DNA from: Desulfobacterales bacterium
GTDB taxonomy: Bacteria; Desulfobacterota; Desulfobacteria; Desulfobacterales; UBA5616
DNA: 64,000 nucleotides
Direction: 5' to 3'
NCBI GenBank assembly: GCA_046483495.1
Contig: JAWODC010000018.1
Coordinates: forward strand, 1-64,000
Positions 49,483 to 59,725 of this stretch are shown here, piece after piece (the first letter of the stretch is position 1; each line of letters opens with the position of its first letter). A program made the position numbers and the translations under genes. The notes under the pieces are model-generated. The model worked only from the letters and a program-made list of their open reading frames with translations, did no database searches and was not told where the DNA came from.

Positions 49483-50157
49483 ATGAAAATTATCGCCATC
49501 AACGGCAGCCCTCATGGTGAGTGGGGAAGCTGCTCTTATTTAATTAAAAACATGTTTTCGGAATGTGAAAAACGGGGTGCCGAAACGGAAGTCATCCGGC
49601 TGATCAAGCACAAGATCAACTGGTGTTTAGGGTGCGGGAAATGCATGAGTGAAGGGGTTTGCCCCCAGAAAGACGACGTGAGCGAAATACAGGATAAAAT
49701 GAAGACCGCCGACGGCATCGTATTCGCCAGCCCGGTATATGTTCTCCACGTTACCGGTCTTCTGAAAAATTTTATCGACCGCTGCCTTCCCATGGGCCAC
49801 AGGCCTTGCCTTCACGGCAAATATGCGGCGGCCGTTTCGGCCTACGCCGGCATCGGCGACATCGATGCGGTTGCCGATTACATGCTCGATTTTTTATCCG
49901 GCCAGGGAGCCTATCCGGTGGGGAAAGTCTGCGCCTATACGCTGAACATCAAAGTCAGTGAAGCGGACCAGGAAAATGCCCGGCAGCTGGGGCGGGATCT
50001 CGTGGAAGCCATCCAGCAGAAAAAGGAATTCAACTGGGAAAAGCAGCGATTGGAATCCAAAACATTCAAGGATCTGGAAAACTTCATTACCGAGCGAAAA
50101 GATTTCGCCAAGGAGGACTACAAGTATTGGAAAGAAAAGGGGTGGACGAAAAAATAA
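49483..50157 (+). CDS. Iron-sulfur flavoprotein / NADPH-dependent FMN reductase family
   Basis: INGSPH, CLGCGKC...C (CX2CX2CX5C), ASPVY, KNFIDR. Confidence 0.88.
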   Translation: MKIIAINGSPHGEWGSCSYLIKNMFSECEKRGAETEVIRLIKHKINWCLGCGKCMSEGVCPQKDDVSEIQDKMKTADGIVFASPVYVLHVTGLLKNFIDRCLPMGHRPCLHGKYAAAVSAYAGIGDIDAVADYMLDFLSGQGAYPVGKVCAYTLNIKVSEADQENARQLGRDLVEAIQQKKEFNWEKQRLESKTFKDLENFITERKDFAKEDYKYWKEKGWTKK

Positions 50158-50262
50158 ATCATCGTGAACACATGTCAGGCCATCGAGGATACGTGAGCAT
50201 GCCCGTTGTCGTTGGAACAACTGCGGAGTCGGCTTGACATGTGACCACGATGCGACCTTATA

Positions 50263-51231
50263 TCATCCCCCTGCTTCTTTTTCGAGTTCATCGAATTTTT
50301 CAGGGTCGGAAACAGCGATGTCTACAAGGCTTTTGGGAATTGAACTTTGCTCGCACATAACCCGGATCTCCTTCTCGACATCGCTGAATTCCAGGATCTC
50401 GCGAATGGCATATATGTGATCGAGCATTTCATCCGGCGGAATATCTTCCAGGGCGGGCCCTTCCGCCTCCTTCTTTTTTCGGGCGGCTTCCTCTTCAGCC
50501 AGCCGCTGCTTTTCCTTCATTTCCTCTTCCATGGCCTTTTTGGCGCCGTCGATTGTGCCCTTATCGACGTTTGCCATTTCAATGATCAGTTCTTCAGACA
50601 CATCATTTTTAAACAGGTGGACAACCTTTTCTTCGCCGGATTTGTCCTTTACAGCTTCGAGCAGTGTTGCTACCCGTGCCCGCTCTGCCTGCTCATTTTG
50701 AATCCGGGCTTTCACCTGGTCATATGCTTCACTGGTGATACCCAACTTGGAGATGATTATTTCGGGAGCTATTTTTTCCTCGATGAGCAGCCGGACCCCC
50801 TTGTCGTCCGGCAGTTCTTTTGCCTTGGCAACGAGCAGGTCGAGCCTTCTCTCCTCGACCATTCGAATCACTTCCGGTCTTCGTTGGGACTCCTTCAGCT
50901 TCGGCCACGTCTTTCCGATTTCGTTTATAATATTGTCAACGGCAAGGTAAGGATTAGACGCGTCTTCCAACGTCAGCGCCGCTGTTGCATCGTTTAGATC
51001 TTTCATCAGGGGCCTGCCGACTTCGAGCATATCACCCATTGCCCATCTCAGTTGGAGCAGATTACCCCCATGCCGCGAAACATTGTATCCCTCATCGTCA
51101 AGTTCGCGCGCAATCCGTTGAATTTCAGATTCCAGTTTTTCCCCTGAAAGGCTTTTCGCATCGAGATCATAAAGTTTTTCCTCGATTGACAACCACAGCG
51201 GCTTTTTTTTCGTTTCTTCTTTTGTCGTCAT
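50263..51231 (-). CDS. Hypothetical charged helical protein
   Basis: 322-aa ORF with GAGGAG RBS and natural composition; family not recognised. Confidence 0.75.
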   Translation of the reverse strand: MTTKEETKKKPLWLSIEEKLYDLDAKSLSGEKLESEIQRIARELDDEGYNVSRHGGNLLQLRWAMGDMLEVGRPLMKDLNDATAALTLEDASNPYLAVDNIINEIGKTWPKLKESQRRPEVIRMVEERRLDLLVAKAKELPDDKGVRLLIEEKIAPEIIISKLGITSEAYDQVKARIQNEQAERARVATLLEAVKDKSGEEKVVHLFKNDVSEELIIEMANVDKGTIDGAKKAMEEEMKEKQRLAEEEAARKKKEAEGPALEDIPPDEMLDHIYAIREILEFSDVEKEIRVMCEQSSIPKSLVDIAVSDPEKFDELEKEAGG

Positions 51232-51628
51232 TGGCCAATCTCCTCTTCGTAGTTGATGTGGTTAGTGCACCTGCCGAACCTCTCTCATGCAATATACAGA
51301 TTTTCATCTTGAAAAATGAGTGCCCTGTTTGGGGCATTATATTGCGCATGCTCTTTCTTAAAAATCAAGTCGATAAGAAATCATAAACATATAGACAAAT
51401 AAGAACGTTATGTCAAATATTGAGTGGTTAAGATTAAGAACCTCGATATGGCCATGGTGTTTATAAATTCAGCCATTGGATCGGCCGGCACTGAATCATT
51501 CCCAATTCGAAATGGCTGCATCCCTTTTTTTCATTTTCTAAAATACCTTCGGGGCGTTATTCGAAATAAGCGGCAACAGCCGGAAACCATCCGTCTTGCA
51601 CCTCGATCATCACCGGAACACAAATCGA

Positions 51629-52858
51629 TCAGGCAATTACTTCGACACCGAACGGAAATTTAGAAAAAATTTCGCAGGAATTTTCGTCGATCATAATCGG
51701 ATTTTCATACCTGAAACCGATATTCTCCTCCGGGCAGGCGTACTGTAGGGCGCAGATCAGCATTTCACCGGCCTTGTAAACGTGATCCGGCGATGTCCAG
51801 TACGGCAGCGGCCCTTCGTTAAGGCCGATGCGCCACTCGTCCCCCATGACGCCGATGCCGTGTTCGCACCCGGGCAGCATCCATCGATCGAAGCCCCTGT
51901 CCCGTGCAAGGGCTGTCACTTCCGCGAGTATTTTACCGGGGTTTGTGCCTGCTTTGTAATTGGCCAGGCACAGGTTGACGGCATCGATGAAATTTTGGGC
52001 ATGCCACAATTGGCGGTCATCGGCACTGCCGATGAAATAATTGTGGGAATGGTCCCCGAGGCCGAGTCGGTACATGGCATGAAGGTCCACCATCAAAGGT
52101 TCGCCTTCCTCGACTGTCCTGCGGGTGGCCGGCGTGCAGGCACCCATGGCGTATCCGGTGCGGTACCCGGCGGCGATTTCGTTTCCCCCGGTAAACGACC
52201 ACTCCCATTCGCTGCCTTCTTTTCGCATGGCAAGGGCTGCGATACCGGCGACTTCCGTCTCGGTGGCGCCCTTCCAGCCGCCGTTTGAAAGTGCATCGTA
52301 AACCGCCCGGTGCCCCGCATCCACAATGCGCGATGCCTCCCGAAAACGTGCGATGGTGCCGGCGTCCTTGATCAGTGAGAGTTCATCGATAAGGTGGTGG
52401 GCATTGACAAGTTCATGGCCGTCCAAGGCCTTTTGGAACCGTTCGAACTCATAATGGGTGAGATTGCCCTCGGCCAGGTAGTTGGACATGCCGCTTTCAA
52501 TGCCGATGCGCTTTTTCCCGGAATTAAAACTGTTTCGGATGAACCCGGCCACTGCGGATATCTGGTCCATGCCTTCCAAATGGGCGTATCCGAGGACATG
52601 GTCCGCATCCAGCCAAGAATCGTCGGCAACCCGCGCCTGGTCGATCATAAAGGTGAAGACCGTCGGCAGTCCCCGGGCGGGGATTACGACGAAACTTCGC
52701 CACGGGCAGAATGCATCGGTGGTCCAGGAAAGCGTTCTCAACCGGGAGCCAAGGTAAAGATCGATGCGCTCTTCCGCCATGTGCTGCTGAACGGCGGCTA
52801 TACGTCCGGGATAATCGACAAAATACGGGTCGTGCGATGGTTTGGCGATATCGGTCAT
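51629..52858 (-). CDS. M24-family (Xaa-Pro peptidase/creatinase-like) protein
   Basis: Creatinase_N-like start; LIKD...TETEVA; VDLH...GDHS; HGIG; GFRYEN. Confidence 0.75.
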   Translation of the reverse strand: MTDIAKPSHDPYFVDYPGRIAAVQQHMAEERIDLYLGSRLRTLSWTTDAFCPWRSFVVIPARGLPTVFTFMIDQARVADDSWLDADHVLGYAHLEGMDQISAVAGFIRNSFNSGKKRIGIESGMSNYLAEGNLTHYEFERFQKALDGHELVNAHHLIDELSLIKDAGTIARFREASRIVDAGHRAVYDALSNGGWKGATETEVAGIAALAMRKEGSEWEWSFTGGNEIAAGYRTGYAMGACTPATRRTVEEGEPLMVDLHAMYRLGLGDHSHNYFIGSADDRQLWHAQNFIDAVNLCLANYKAGTNPGKILAEVTALARDRGFDRWMLPGCEHGIGVMGDEWRIGLNEGPLPYWTSPDHVYKAGEMLICALQYACPEENIGFRYENPIMIDENSCEIFSKFPFGVEVIA

Positions 52859-52933
52859 ATGTGATTCCTCCCCTTGCATTTTTATTGTCATTTGAATATC
52901 ATATCAAATCGAATTACAAAAGAGGAATACCCC

Positions 52934-53734
52934 ATGTTCCCTAAGCGCCTTTTAGGAAAAACAGGTCTCGATGTGGGCCCCCTTGGCCTGGCCGCCAGTT
53001 ACGGTGCCCCGGCCTCGGCCTTTGAAGAAGCCTTCGAAAGAGGATGCAACTACTTTTATTGGGGGTCGGGCCGCAAAAAAGCCGGCATGACACGTGCCGT
53101 TCAACACCTGTGCAGCAGCGGCCGCAGAGATCGGCTTGTTTTCGCCCTTCAGACCTACGCCAGGACCGGGTTTTTAGCGGAGCCGGTAATCATGCGACGT
53201 CTGAAAAAGCTCACGCTCGACCATGCCGATATACTCGTGCTGGGCTGGCACAACCGGCCGCCTTCCGAGAAGCTGCTGGAGCGGGTGATCCGAATGAAGG
53301 AAAAAGGTCTTTTTCGATTCCTGGCCGTTTCCGGCCACGATCGATCACTTTTTCCGAACTTGGACCGAACAGGCATTTTCGATATTTTCCACATCCGGTA
53401 CAACGCTGCACACCGAGGAGCCGAAGAGGAATGCTTCTCCCATTTTGCCGGCGGGAAACGGCCGGGAGTCGTCACCTACACGGCCACCCGGCACGGGGTT
53501 CTGCTGAACCCGAAAAAGATGCCGCCTGGAGAAGCGCCATTGTCTGCCGCCGACTGCTACCGTTTCATAATGACCAATCCGAACGTGGATGTCTGTCTGT
53601 GCGGACCGAAAGACCGGCGGGAAATGCAGGAAGCTATTTCCGCCCTTGAACGAGGGCCGCTCTCCCCGGAAGATATGGACCGCGCCAAACGCATCGGAGA
53701 CCATGTCCATCAAAAAGTAAGGGGCTTTTTCTAA
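52934..53734 (+). CDS. Aldo/keto reductase family protein
   Basis: RLLGKTGLDVGPLGL, LAVSGH, IRYNAAHRGAE. Confidence 0.8.
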   Translation: MFPKRLLGKTGLDVGPLGLAASYGAPASAFEEAFERGCNYFYWGSGRKKAGMTRAVQHLCSSGRRDRLVFALQTYARTGFLAEPVIMRRLKKLTLDHADILVLGWHNRPPSEKLLERVIRMKEKGLFRFLAVSGHDRSLFPNLDRTGIFDIFHIRYNAAHRGAEEECFSHFAGGKRPGVVTYTATRHGVLLNPKKMPPGEAPLSAADCYRFIMTNPNVDVCLCGPKDRREMQEAISALERGPLSPEDMDRAKRIGDHVHQKVRGFF

Positions 53735-53773
53735 TCCGCGCGAACCCGCTTTCTGCAAGCCCGCCTCCATTTA

Positions 53774-53915
53774 ATTTCCATCCATAAATGGCCCTTTCAC
53801 GCGATTTCTGCGTTGGATGCAAAATCGAAATCCTCAAAATAGCACACGATTCCTGCGGTTTCGATCTTGCGCCCGCCTTGAACTCACGCGAAATTGCCTA
53901 TCTCTGGATGGAAAC
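53774..53915. mobile_element. ~142-bp palindromic MITE-like element, same architecture as 47291-47436, TA-flanked
   Basis: TTTCCATCCATAAATGG / CCTATCTCTGGATGGAAA IR; inner GCAAAATCGAAA / TTTCGATCTTGC; shared cores CGTTGG, TCCTCAA.ATA, CCTGCGG, CGCCTTGA; TA at 53772 and 53916. Confidence 0.75.
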
Positions 53916-54005
53916 TATTCAGGTGCATTCCCTTCGGACACCCCGTCCGAGCGCGCCATCGAAAACAATTTACCAATTGACATCAACAGTGTCGAGCTGT
54001 AAACA

Positions 54006-54114
54006 GCCTCATGCAACGGCGAAATCAAAAGGGGGTTGAGATGAGCGCATTGCTATGTCCGTGCCCGTATAGGCAGGCCTCATGCAACGGCGAAATCAAA
54101 AGGGGGTTGAGATG
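54006..54114 (+). repeat. Perfect 38-bp direct repeat x2 (54006-54043, 54077-54114), 33-bp spacer, duplicating RBS plus ATG
   Basis: GCCTCATGCAACGGCGAAATCAAAAGGGGGTTGAGATG occurs twice. Confidence 0.9.
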
Positions 54115-54573
54115 GCGTTAAACATGATTCCGATACATGAACTGAAGAACCATATCGGCGAAAAGATACACCTGTCGGACTGGTTTGAAATTACCCAGGA
54201 GCGGGTCGATGCCTTTGGAGAGGCCATCGAGGACCGCCAGTGGATCCACTGCGACGTTGAAAGATCCAAGGCGGGCCCCTTTGGCGGCACCATCGTTCAC
54301 GGTCCGCTCATGCTTTCCCTGCTGGGGCATTTAAGCGGCGGTGTGGACACGATCCCGGAGGGGATCGAATTTTTCATGGCTTATGGGTATGACAAGGTCC
54401 GGTTCCTTGCCCCGGTCCCGGTCGGCTCCCGCGTCCGCAATCGAGGCGTATTGTCGGATGTTACGGAAAAAGGCGGGGGGCGGTATGTAATGAAGGTGAC
54501 CAATACTCTCGAGGTGGAAGGGTCGAACAAGCCGGCCATGGTGGCCGAGGTGCTGGGGTTGGTCGTCACATAG
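54112..54573 (+). CDS. MaoC-family dehydratase
   Basis: SDWFEITQERVDAF...DRQWIHCD...TIVHG...YGYDKVRF. Confidence 0.9.
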   Translation: MALNMIPIHELKNHIGEKIHLSDWFEITQERVDAFGEAIEDRQWIHCDVERSKAGPFGGTIVHGPLMLSLLGHLSGGVDTIPEGIEFFMAYGYDKVRFLAPVPVGSRVRNRGVLSDVTEKGGGRYVMKVTNTLEVEGSNKPAMVAEVLGLVVT

Positions 54574-55012
54574 CCATCTATTTCGCACGCCGCTATTCCC
54601 TTTCGGCCGCATTGCATGTCCTCCGCGTTGTGTGAGTATGGCTTCGGCTTAAAGCGTTTCCACGCCGCGATTCTGAATCAACATTTTGTTTTGAAGTATC
54701 ATGTATGTTGGTTTTCTTCATCATACACTCCATTCCAATCACGTAATCGTGTATATCTAACGATATTTGGTGCCCGATCGTTCAGGGACTAACGGTTCGG
54801 TATTCTTTTTGTTTTATCGATAACGATAGAGATGGAAACGCAACCTTCGGCTTTTAGGACAATGGAAGTTGACATATAAACCCATTGACCCATAAAATTC
54901 AGTAATGGCATACAAATTGCTATTTTCTCGAGAAAATCCATTAACCGGTTTTCACAAATCACCTTTAAACGAGGAACGCGATCCCGACACCGATCCCGAC
55001 ACAGGATTAACC

Positions 55013-56536
55013 ATGATGAAACACCACACCATTTACGCAAAAACCAAACCGGAGGCGCCGGCTGTCATCATGGCCGAAAATGAAGAAATCGTTTCGTGGA
55101 AAGAATTCGACCGGCGGATAAACCGGCTGGCCCGTTATTTCAGGGATATCGGCCTCAAAGAAAAAGACCGCATGGCGGTTCTTATGGAAAATAATGCCCG
55201 CTATCTTGAAATCATTACCGCCGCCTTGGATGCCGGATTGATCTTTACGCCGATCAGTACCCATTTGAAGCAAAGTGAAACAGAATACATCATCAACAAT
55301 TCCGGTGCAAAACTGTTGATCACCTCCCAGAGATATGCCGACCTTGCCGGCAGGATATCGGCCGGAACCCCGGATCTCACCCATCGTCTCATGCTGGGTA
55401 AGGCCATTCCCGGATACGATGACTATGAGGGTGTCGTTTCAAAGTATGAGGACATTCCCATTGATTACGCCTTTGCCGGAATGCCCATGTTTTATTCATC
55501 CGGCACCACCGGGACGCCGAAAGGCGTTGTCTGGAATGTGGACGATTTTCCAGTGGGTGATCTCGACCCTTCACTGGAGGGTGCATTTGCGTTTTTTGGT
55601 ATCGATGAGAACGTCACTTATCTTTCCACCCAGCCGCTGTACCACTCGGCACCCTGCGCATATGCCTCCAGCATCAGCCAGGTGGGCGGAACGATTATTT
55701 TAATGGAAAAATTCGAAGCCGAAAAAGCGTTGTCTTTAATCGACACATTCCGGGTCACCCATTCCCAGTGGGTGCCTACCATGTTCATTCGGCTGCTGAA
55801 GCTGCCCGAAAACGTTCGAGACGTATACGACGTTTCAAGCCTTAAAATGGCAATCCATGCCGCTGCCCCCTGCCCGATTGAGGTCAAGGAAAAAATGATC
55901 GACTGGTGGGGACCCATTCTGCTGGAATACTGGGGTGGAACAGAAACGTCGATGGTGACGATCATTACTTCCCAGGAATGGCTCGAGCATAAAGGATCCG
56001 TCGGCAAGGGGCTATTGGCGAAACTTCACATTTTAGACGACGAAGGAAAAGAACTCCCGCCCGGGAAGCCGGGGGTTATCTACATGGAGTCGGGAAGGCC
56101 TTTCTCCTATCACAAGGAGCCCGAAAAAACATCCTCCAGCAGGAACGAGCAGGGGTGGACCAGCATCGGGGACATCGGGTACCTGGATGAAGAAGGATAT
56201 CTGTATCTGACGGACCGAAAATCCTTCATGATCATATCCGGTGGTGTCAACATTTATCCCCAGGAAACAGAAGATGTCCTTATCATGCATGAAAAGGTGG
56301 CGGATGTCGCCGTCATCGGAATGCCCGATGAGGATTTCGGAGAGACGGTAAAGGCGGTTGTCCAGCCGGTGAATGCATCGGATGCCGGACCTGAGCTTGA
56401 AAAAGAGCTTATCGAATTCTGCAGAAGCAGGATTTCGCATATCAAATGCCCTAAAAGTGTCGACTTTATGGAAGACTTTCCAAGAACCCCTACGGGAAAG
56501 GTGTTGAAAAGGGTAATAAAGGAAAAGTATAAATAG
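55013..56536 (+). CDS. Acyl-CoA synthetase (AMP-forming)
   Basis: YSSGTTGTPKGV, PLYHSAP, YWGGTE, GDIGYLD, DRKSFMIISGGVNIYP, PRTPTGKV. Confidence 0.93.
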   Translation: MMKHHTIYAKTKPEAPAVIMAENEEIVSWKEFDRRINRLARYFRDIGLKEKDRMAVLMENNARYLEIITAALDAGLIFTPISTHLKQSETEYIINNSGAKLLITSQRYADLAGRISAGTPDLTHRLMLGKAIPGYDDYEGVVSKYEDIPIDYAFAGMPMFYSSGTTGTPKGVVWNVDDFPVGDLDPSLEGAFAFFGIDENVTYLSTQPLYHSAPCAYASSISQVGGTIILMEKFEAEKALSLIDTFRVTHSQWVPTMFIRLLKLPENVRDVYDVSSLKMAIHAAAPCPIEVKEKMIDWWGPILLEYWGGTETSMVTIITSQEWLEHKGSVGKGLLAKLHILDDEGKELPPGKPGVIYMESGRPFSYHKEPEKTSSSRNEQGWTSIGDIGYLDEEGYLYLTDRKSFMIISGGVNIYPQETEDVLIMHEKVADVAVIGMPDEDFGETVKAVVQPVNASDAGPELEKELIEFCRSRISHIKCPKSVDFMEDFPRTPTGKVLKRVIKEKYK

Positions 56537-57153
56537 TGTCATACACGTGCGAGAATATGTCATAATATTTTCGCCTTCCGGTTCTCATCGGCAGCATCTT
56601 CCTACATGATAACACGGTGAAAATAAAATCCGGGCTCCTTTGACTCAGTCCATGTGCTCCGCTGTTTTCGCAGTCGGTTTTTCCCAGCAGCACCATAGCA
56701 AAGCGTTCATATGTTTTATGCGTCGTTGCATCGACACAATGCCAACGGGCCAAAAATTCGCGTTTCCGCAGCCGGGTTTTTCGAAAAGAAGCCGGATCTT
56801 CGAACAGCAAGACCGCATCGGCATTCCGATCATGATCGTCGGTTATAAAATGGACGCGGTATGCTTTGATGGTTGTGCGCCGGATCCAATTGCAACATCT
56901 TATAATCGACTTTGCTTTTCAAGTGGAATATGGGACTATCATCATTTTTCCGGCAAGGCGGAATCGAAATGCGTCTTTGCCCGTTTTGCCTGCGACCGAG
57001 GGTTCAATCGCAGGTATATGTTGACAAACAGGCATTTGCCATGCAAATAGTATATTTTGCTTAATCGGAAAAAAAGCATTTAGTCGGTATATTTTAACGA
57101 AAATTGAATAAGAAATTCGATTTATGCATAATATATAAACAACCTATCCATAC

Positions 57154-59706
57154 ATGTATCATTTTTCTAAACAAGACCGGAAATTGCCGCACATGTCCCA
57201 AATACACCACCAAGGAACGACATACGTAGAGAACACCGAACTGAAACTGGCCATGGATTTTGCCGAGCAGACCGGCAATCACATTTTTCTTACGGGAAAA
57301 GCCGGCACGGGAAAAACCACATTTTTGTCCGAACTTAAAAAAAGATCGGCAAAAAGAATGGTCATTACCGCCCCGACCGGGGTTGCAGCGATTACCGCAG
57401 GGGGAGTTACCCTTCATTCCTTTTTTCAACTTCCGTTCGGCCCGTTTATTCCGGGTTCCGAAGCCAAAAAGCAAAACAAACAGCAGGGGTTTCGATTCAG
57501 CAAGGCGAAAAAGCGCCTCATACGAAATCTCGACCTGCTCGTGATCGATGAGATCTCCATGGTGCGGGCGGACCTTCTCGATGCCGTGGATGCCGTTTTG
57601 CGACGGCACCGTCGAATCGACCGGCCTTTCGGCGGCGTGCAGCTTCTGTTGATCGGGGACTTGCATCAGCTGTCACCCGTGGCCAAACCGGAGGAGTGGC
57701 GGCTTTTGCAGCCGCTTTACGACTCACCCTATTTTTTCTGCAGCCGGGCGATCAACCGGACGGAATTGACGGTAATTGAATTGAAGCACATCTTCCGCCA
57801 GTCCGATGCCGAATTTATTTCCCTTTTGAACCGCGTCAGGGACAACCGGTTGGATGCAGCCGCCGTGGCGCAACTCAACAGCCTGTATGTCAAAAATGAT
57901 CATTGTGATCCCAACCCGGGCACCATCACTTTGACCACCCACAATCGTAAGGCGGACATTATCAACACCACCCGGTTGAGGGCGTTGCCGGAAAAAGAAT
58001 TTCGGTTTAAGGCCGAGGTAACCGGTGATTTTCCCGAAAGTGCATTTCCGGTTCCGGCAACCCTTACCCTTAAAAAAGGCGCCCAGGTGATGTTTATGCG
58101 CAACGATCCCTCGGCTGAAAAGCGATATTTCAACGGCAAGATCGGAGAGATCACGTCGATATCCCATGAACGGATTTCCGTTGCCTGCCCCGGAGAAGAC
58201 GAAATCAACATCGAGCCTTTGGAATGGGAAAATATCACGTATGCGGTTACAGAAGACGGCAAGGGCATCCGGGAGGAAATCATCGGGAAGCTGAAGCAAT
58301 TCCCTTTGAAGCCGGCTTGGGCGATTACCATACACAAAAGCCAGGGGCTGACGTTCGACAATGTCGTGATCGACGCACAGGCGGCTTTTGCGCACGGCCA
58401 GTTCTATGTGGCTTTGAGCCGATGCAGAACCCTTGACGGATTGAAGCTCAGCTCCCCCATCCCATCCCGAAGCATCGGGGCGGACGATGCCGTCAACAGC
58501 TTTATTCGGGCGGCCGGACAAAACGCCCCCTCGGAAAAGCTTCTGATGGATGCAAAAGTACGATATCAGCAGCGCCTGCTCCTGGATTGCTTCGATCTTG
58601 ATTTTCTGCAAAACCGATTCAATGCATTTTGCCGGCTGTTGTCCCAGCATGCCGATTTCATCCAGGTTTCGGGAGTACCCGATATCCGGCAATTGAGAAA
58701 AACGGCTGCTGAAAATATATTCACCGTGAGCGTGAAATTCAAACAGCAGTTGACATCGCTTTTTTCCGAAAACTCCCTGCCGGAAACCGATTCGTACCTC
58801 CAGGAACGCATTCGAAAAGCATCCGGCTGGTTTCAGGAGAAATTCGCCGAGGCGTTTGACCCGATTCTAAAAAACTTCCAGGCTGAATCCGACAACAAAG
58901 AAATCGCCAAAAGAATCGATAAGGCACATGCCGATCTGAAGCGGGAAGTCGCCAAAAAAATGGGGGGAATACAATCCTGTGAAGACCGGTTTTCGCCCCC
59001 CACCTATTTGCGGGCTGCCGCTGATTCCGATCATGATTTCGCTTCACGAAAACAAAAACAGCGAACTCCGGACTACACGGAATCGGATATTACTCACCCC
59101 GAATTATTTCAGCAGTTGAAGGCATGGCGTTCTGAAAAAGCCGAAGAATTAAATGTAGCCCGTTTCCTGATTCTTCACCAGCGGGTGCTGGTTCAAATCG
59201 CTGTCTGGCTGCCCGACAATGTGACGGATTTAAAAAAAATCAACGGCGTGGGATCGAGAACGGTCCAGAAGTACGGGGATGAAATCACCGCCATGGTGGC
59301 TGAATACCGTAAGAAAGAAGGCATCGAAACCGTGTCGCTGCCAGATGTCGATACGAGCAAAAATAAAGAGAAGCCGGCAAAAAAAACAAAGCCGAAAGGC
59401 AATACCCGCGAAATCAGTTTGGACATGTTCAAAAACGGACATCAGCCCGAACACATCGCCCGGGAAAGGGGGCTTGCCTTATCGACGATAGAGGGGCACC
59501 TTGCTTTTTTCGTTGAAAACGGCGAATTGGACGTCAGCATATTCGTCAATCCCGAGAAACAGGCCGTTATTGACGCCGTCCTCGAGAAAAACCCGAATTC
59601 CGCTTTTAAACCGATAAAGGAGAAGCTGGGAGAGGGGTTTTCCTATGGCGAAATCAGGATGATGGCGGCGCATCGCAGGTACCTGGCATCGAAAACCGGC
59701 AACTAA
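57154..59706 (+). CDS. PIF1/RecD-like SF1 helicase with HRDC and C-terminal HTH domains
   Basis: TGKAGTGKTT, APTGVAA, IDEISM, GDLHQL, WAITIHKSQG, YVALSR; HRDC LFQQLKAWR...INGVG..TVQKYG; IARERGLALSTIEGHL. Confidence 0.9.
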   Translation: MYHFSKQDRKLPHMSQIHHQGTTYVENTELKLAMDFAEQTGNHIFLTGKAGTGKTTFLSELKKRSAKRMVITAPTGVAAITAGGVTLHSFFQLPFGPFIPGSEAKKQNKQQGFRFSKAKKRLIRNLDLLVIDEISMVRADLLDAVDAVLRRHRRIDRPFGGVQLLLIGDLHQLSPVAKPEEWRLLQPLYDSPYFFCSRAINRTELTVIELKHIFRQSDAEFISLLNRVRDNRLDAAAVAQLNSLYVKNDHCDPNPGTITLTTHNRKADIINTTRLRALPEKEFRFKAEVTGDFPESAFPVPATLTLKKGAQVMFMRNDPSAEKRYFNGKIGEITSISHERISVACPGEDEINIEPLEWENITYAVTEDGKGIREEIIGKLKQFPLKPAWAITIHKSQGLTFDNVVIDAQAAFAHGQFYVALSRCRTLDGLKLSSPIPSRSIGADDAVNSFIRAAGQNAPSEKLLMDAKVRYQQRLLLDCFDLDFLQNRFNAFCRLLSQHADFIQVSGVPDIRQLRKTAAENIFTVSVKFKQQLTSLFSENSLPETDSYLQERIRKASGWFQEKFAEAFDPILKNFQAESDNKEIAKRIDKAHADLKREVAKKMGGIQSCEDRFSPPTYLRAAADSDHDFASRKQKQRTPDYTESDITHPELFQQLKAWRSEKAEELNVARFLILHQRVLVQIAVWLPDNVTDLKKINGVGSRTVQKYGDEITAMVAEYRKKEGIETVSLPDVDTSKNKEKPAKKTKPKGNTREISLDMFKNGHQPEHIARERGLALSTIEGHLAFFVENGELDVSIFVNPEKQAVIDAVLEKNPNSAFKPIKEKLGEGFSYGEIRMMAAHRRYLASKTGN

Positions 59707-59725
59707 GAGTCTGGATGGACACCGT

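Noticed and set aside
54006..54114. CRISPR array
   Set aside because: Only two repeats, not palindromic, containing RBS plus ATG of maoC; no cas genes in the window.
54979..55002. 12-bp tandem duplication CGATCCCGACAC x2
   Set aside because: Real but only two units; most likely simple slippage with no supportable function.
56950..57015. tRNA-like sequence (GGTTCAATC, hairpins)
   Set aside because: No cloverleaf can be built; only two short hairpins. No tRNA or rRNA was recognised in the window.
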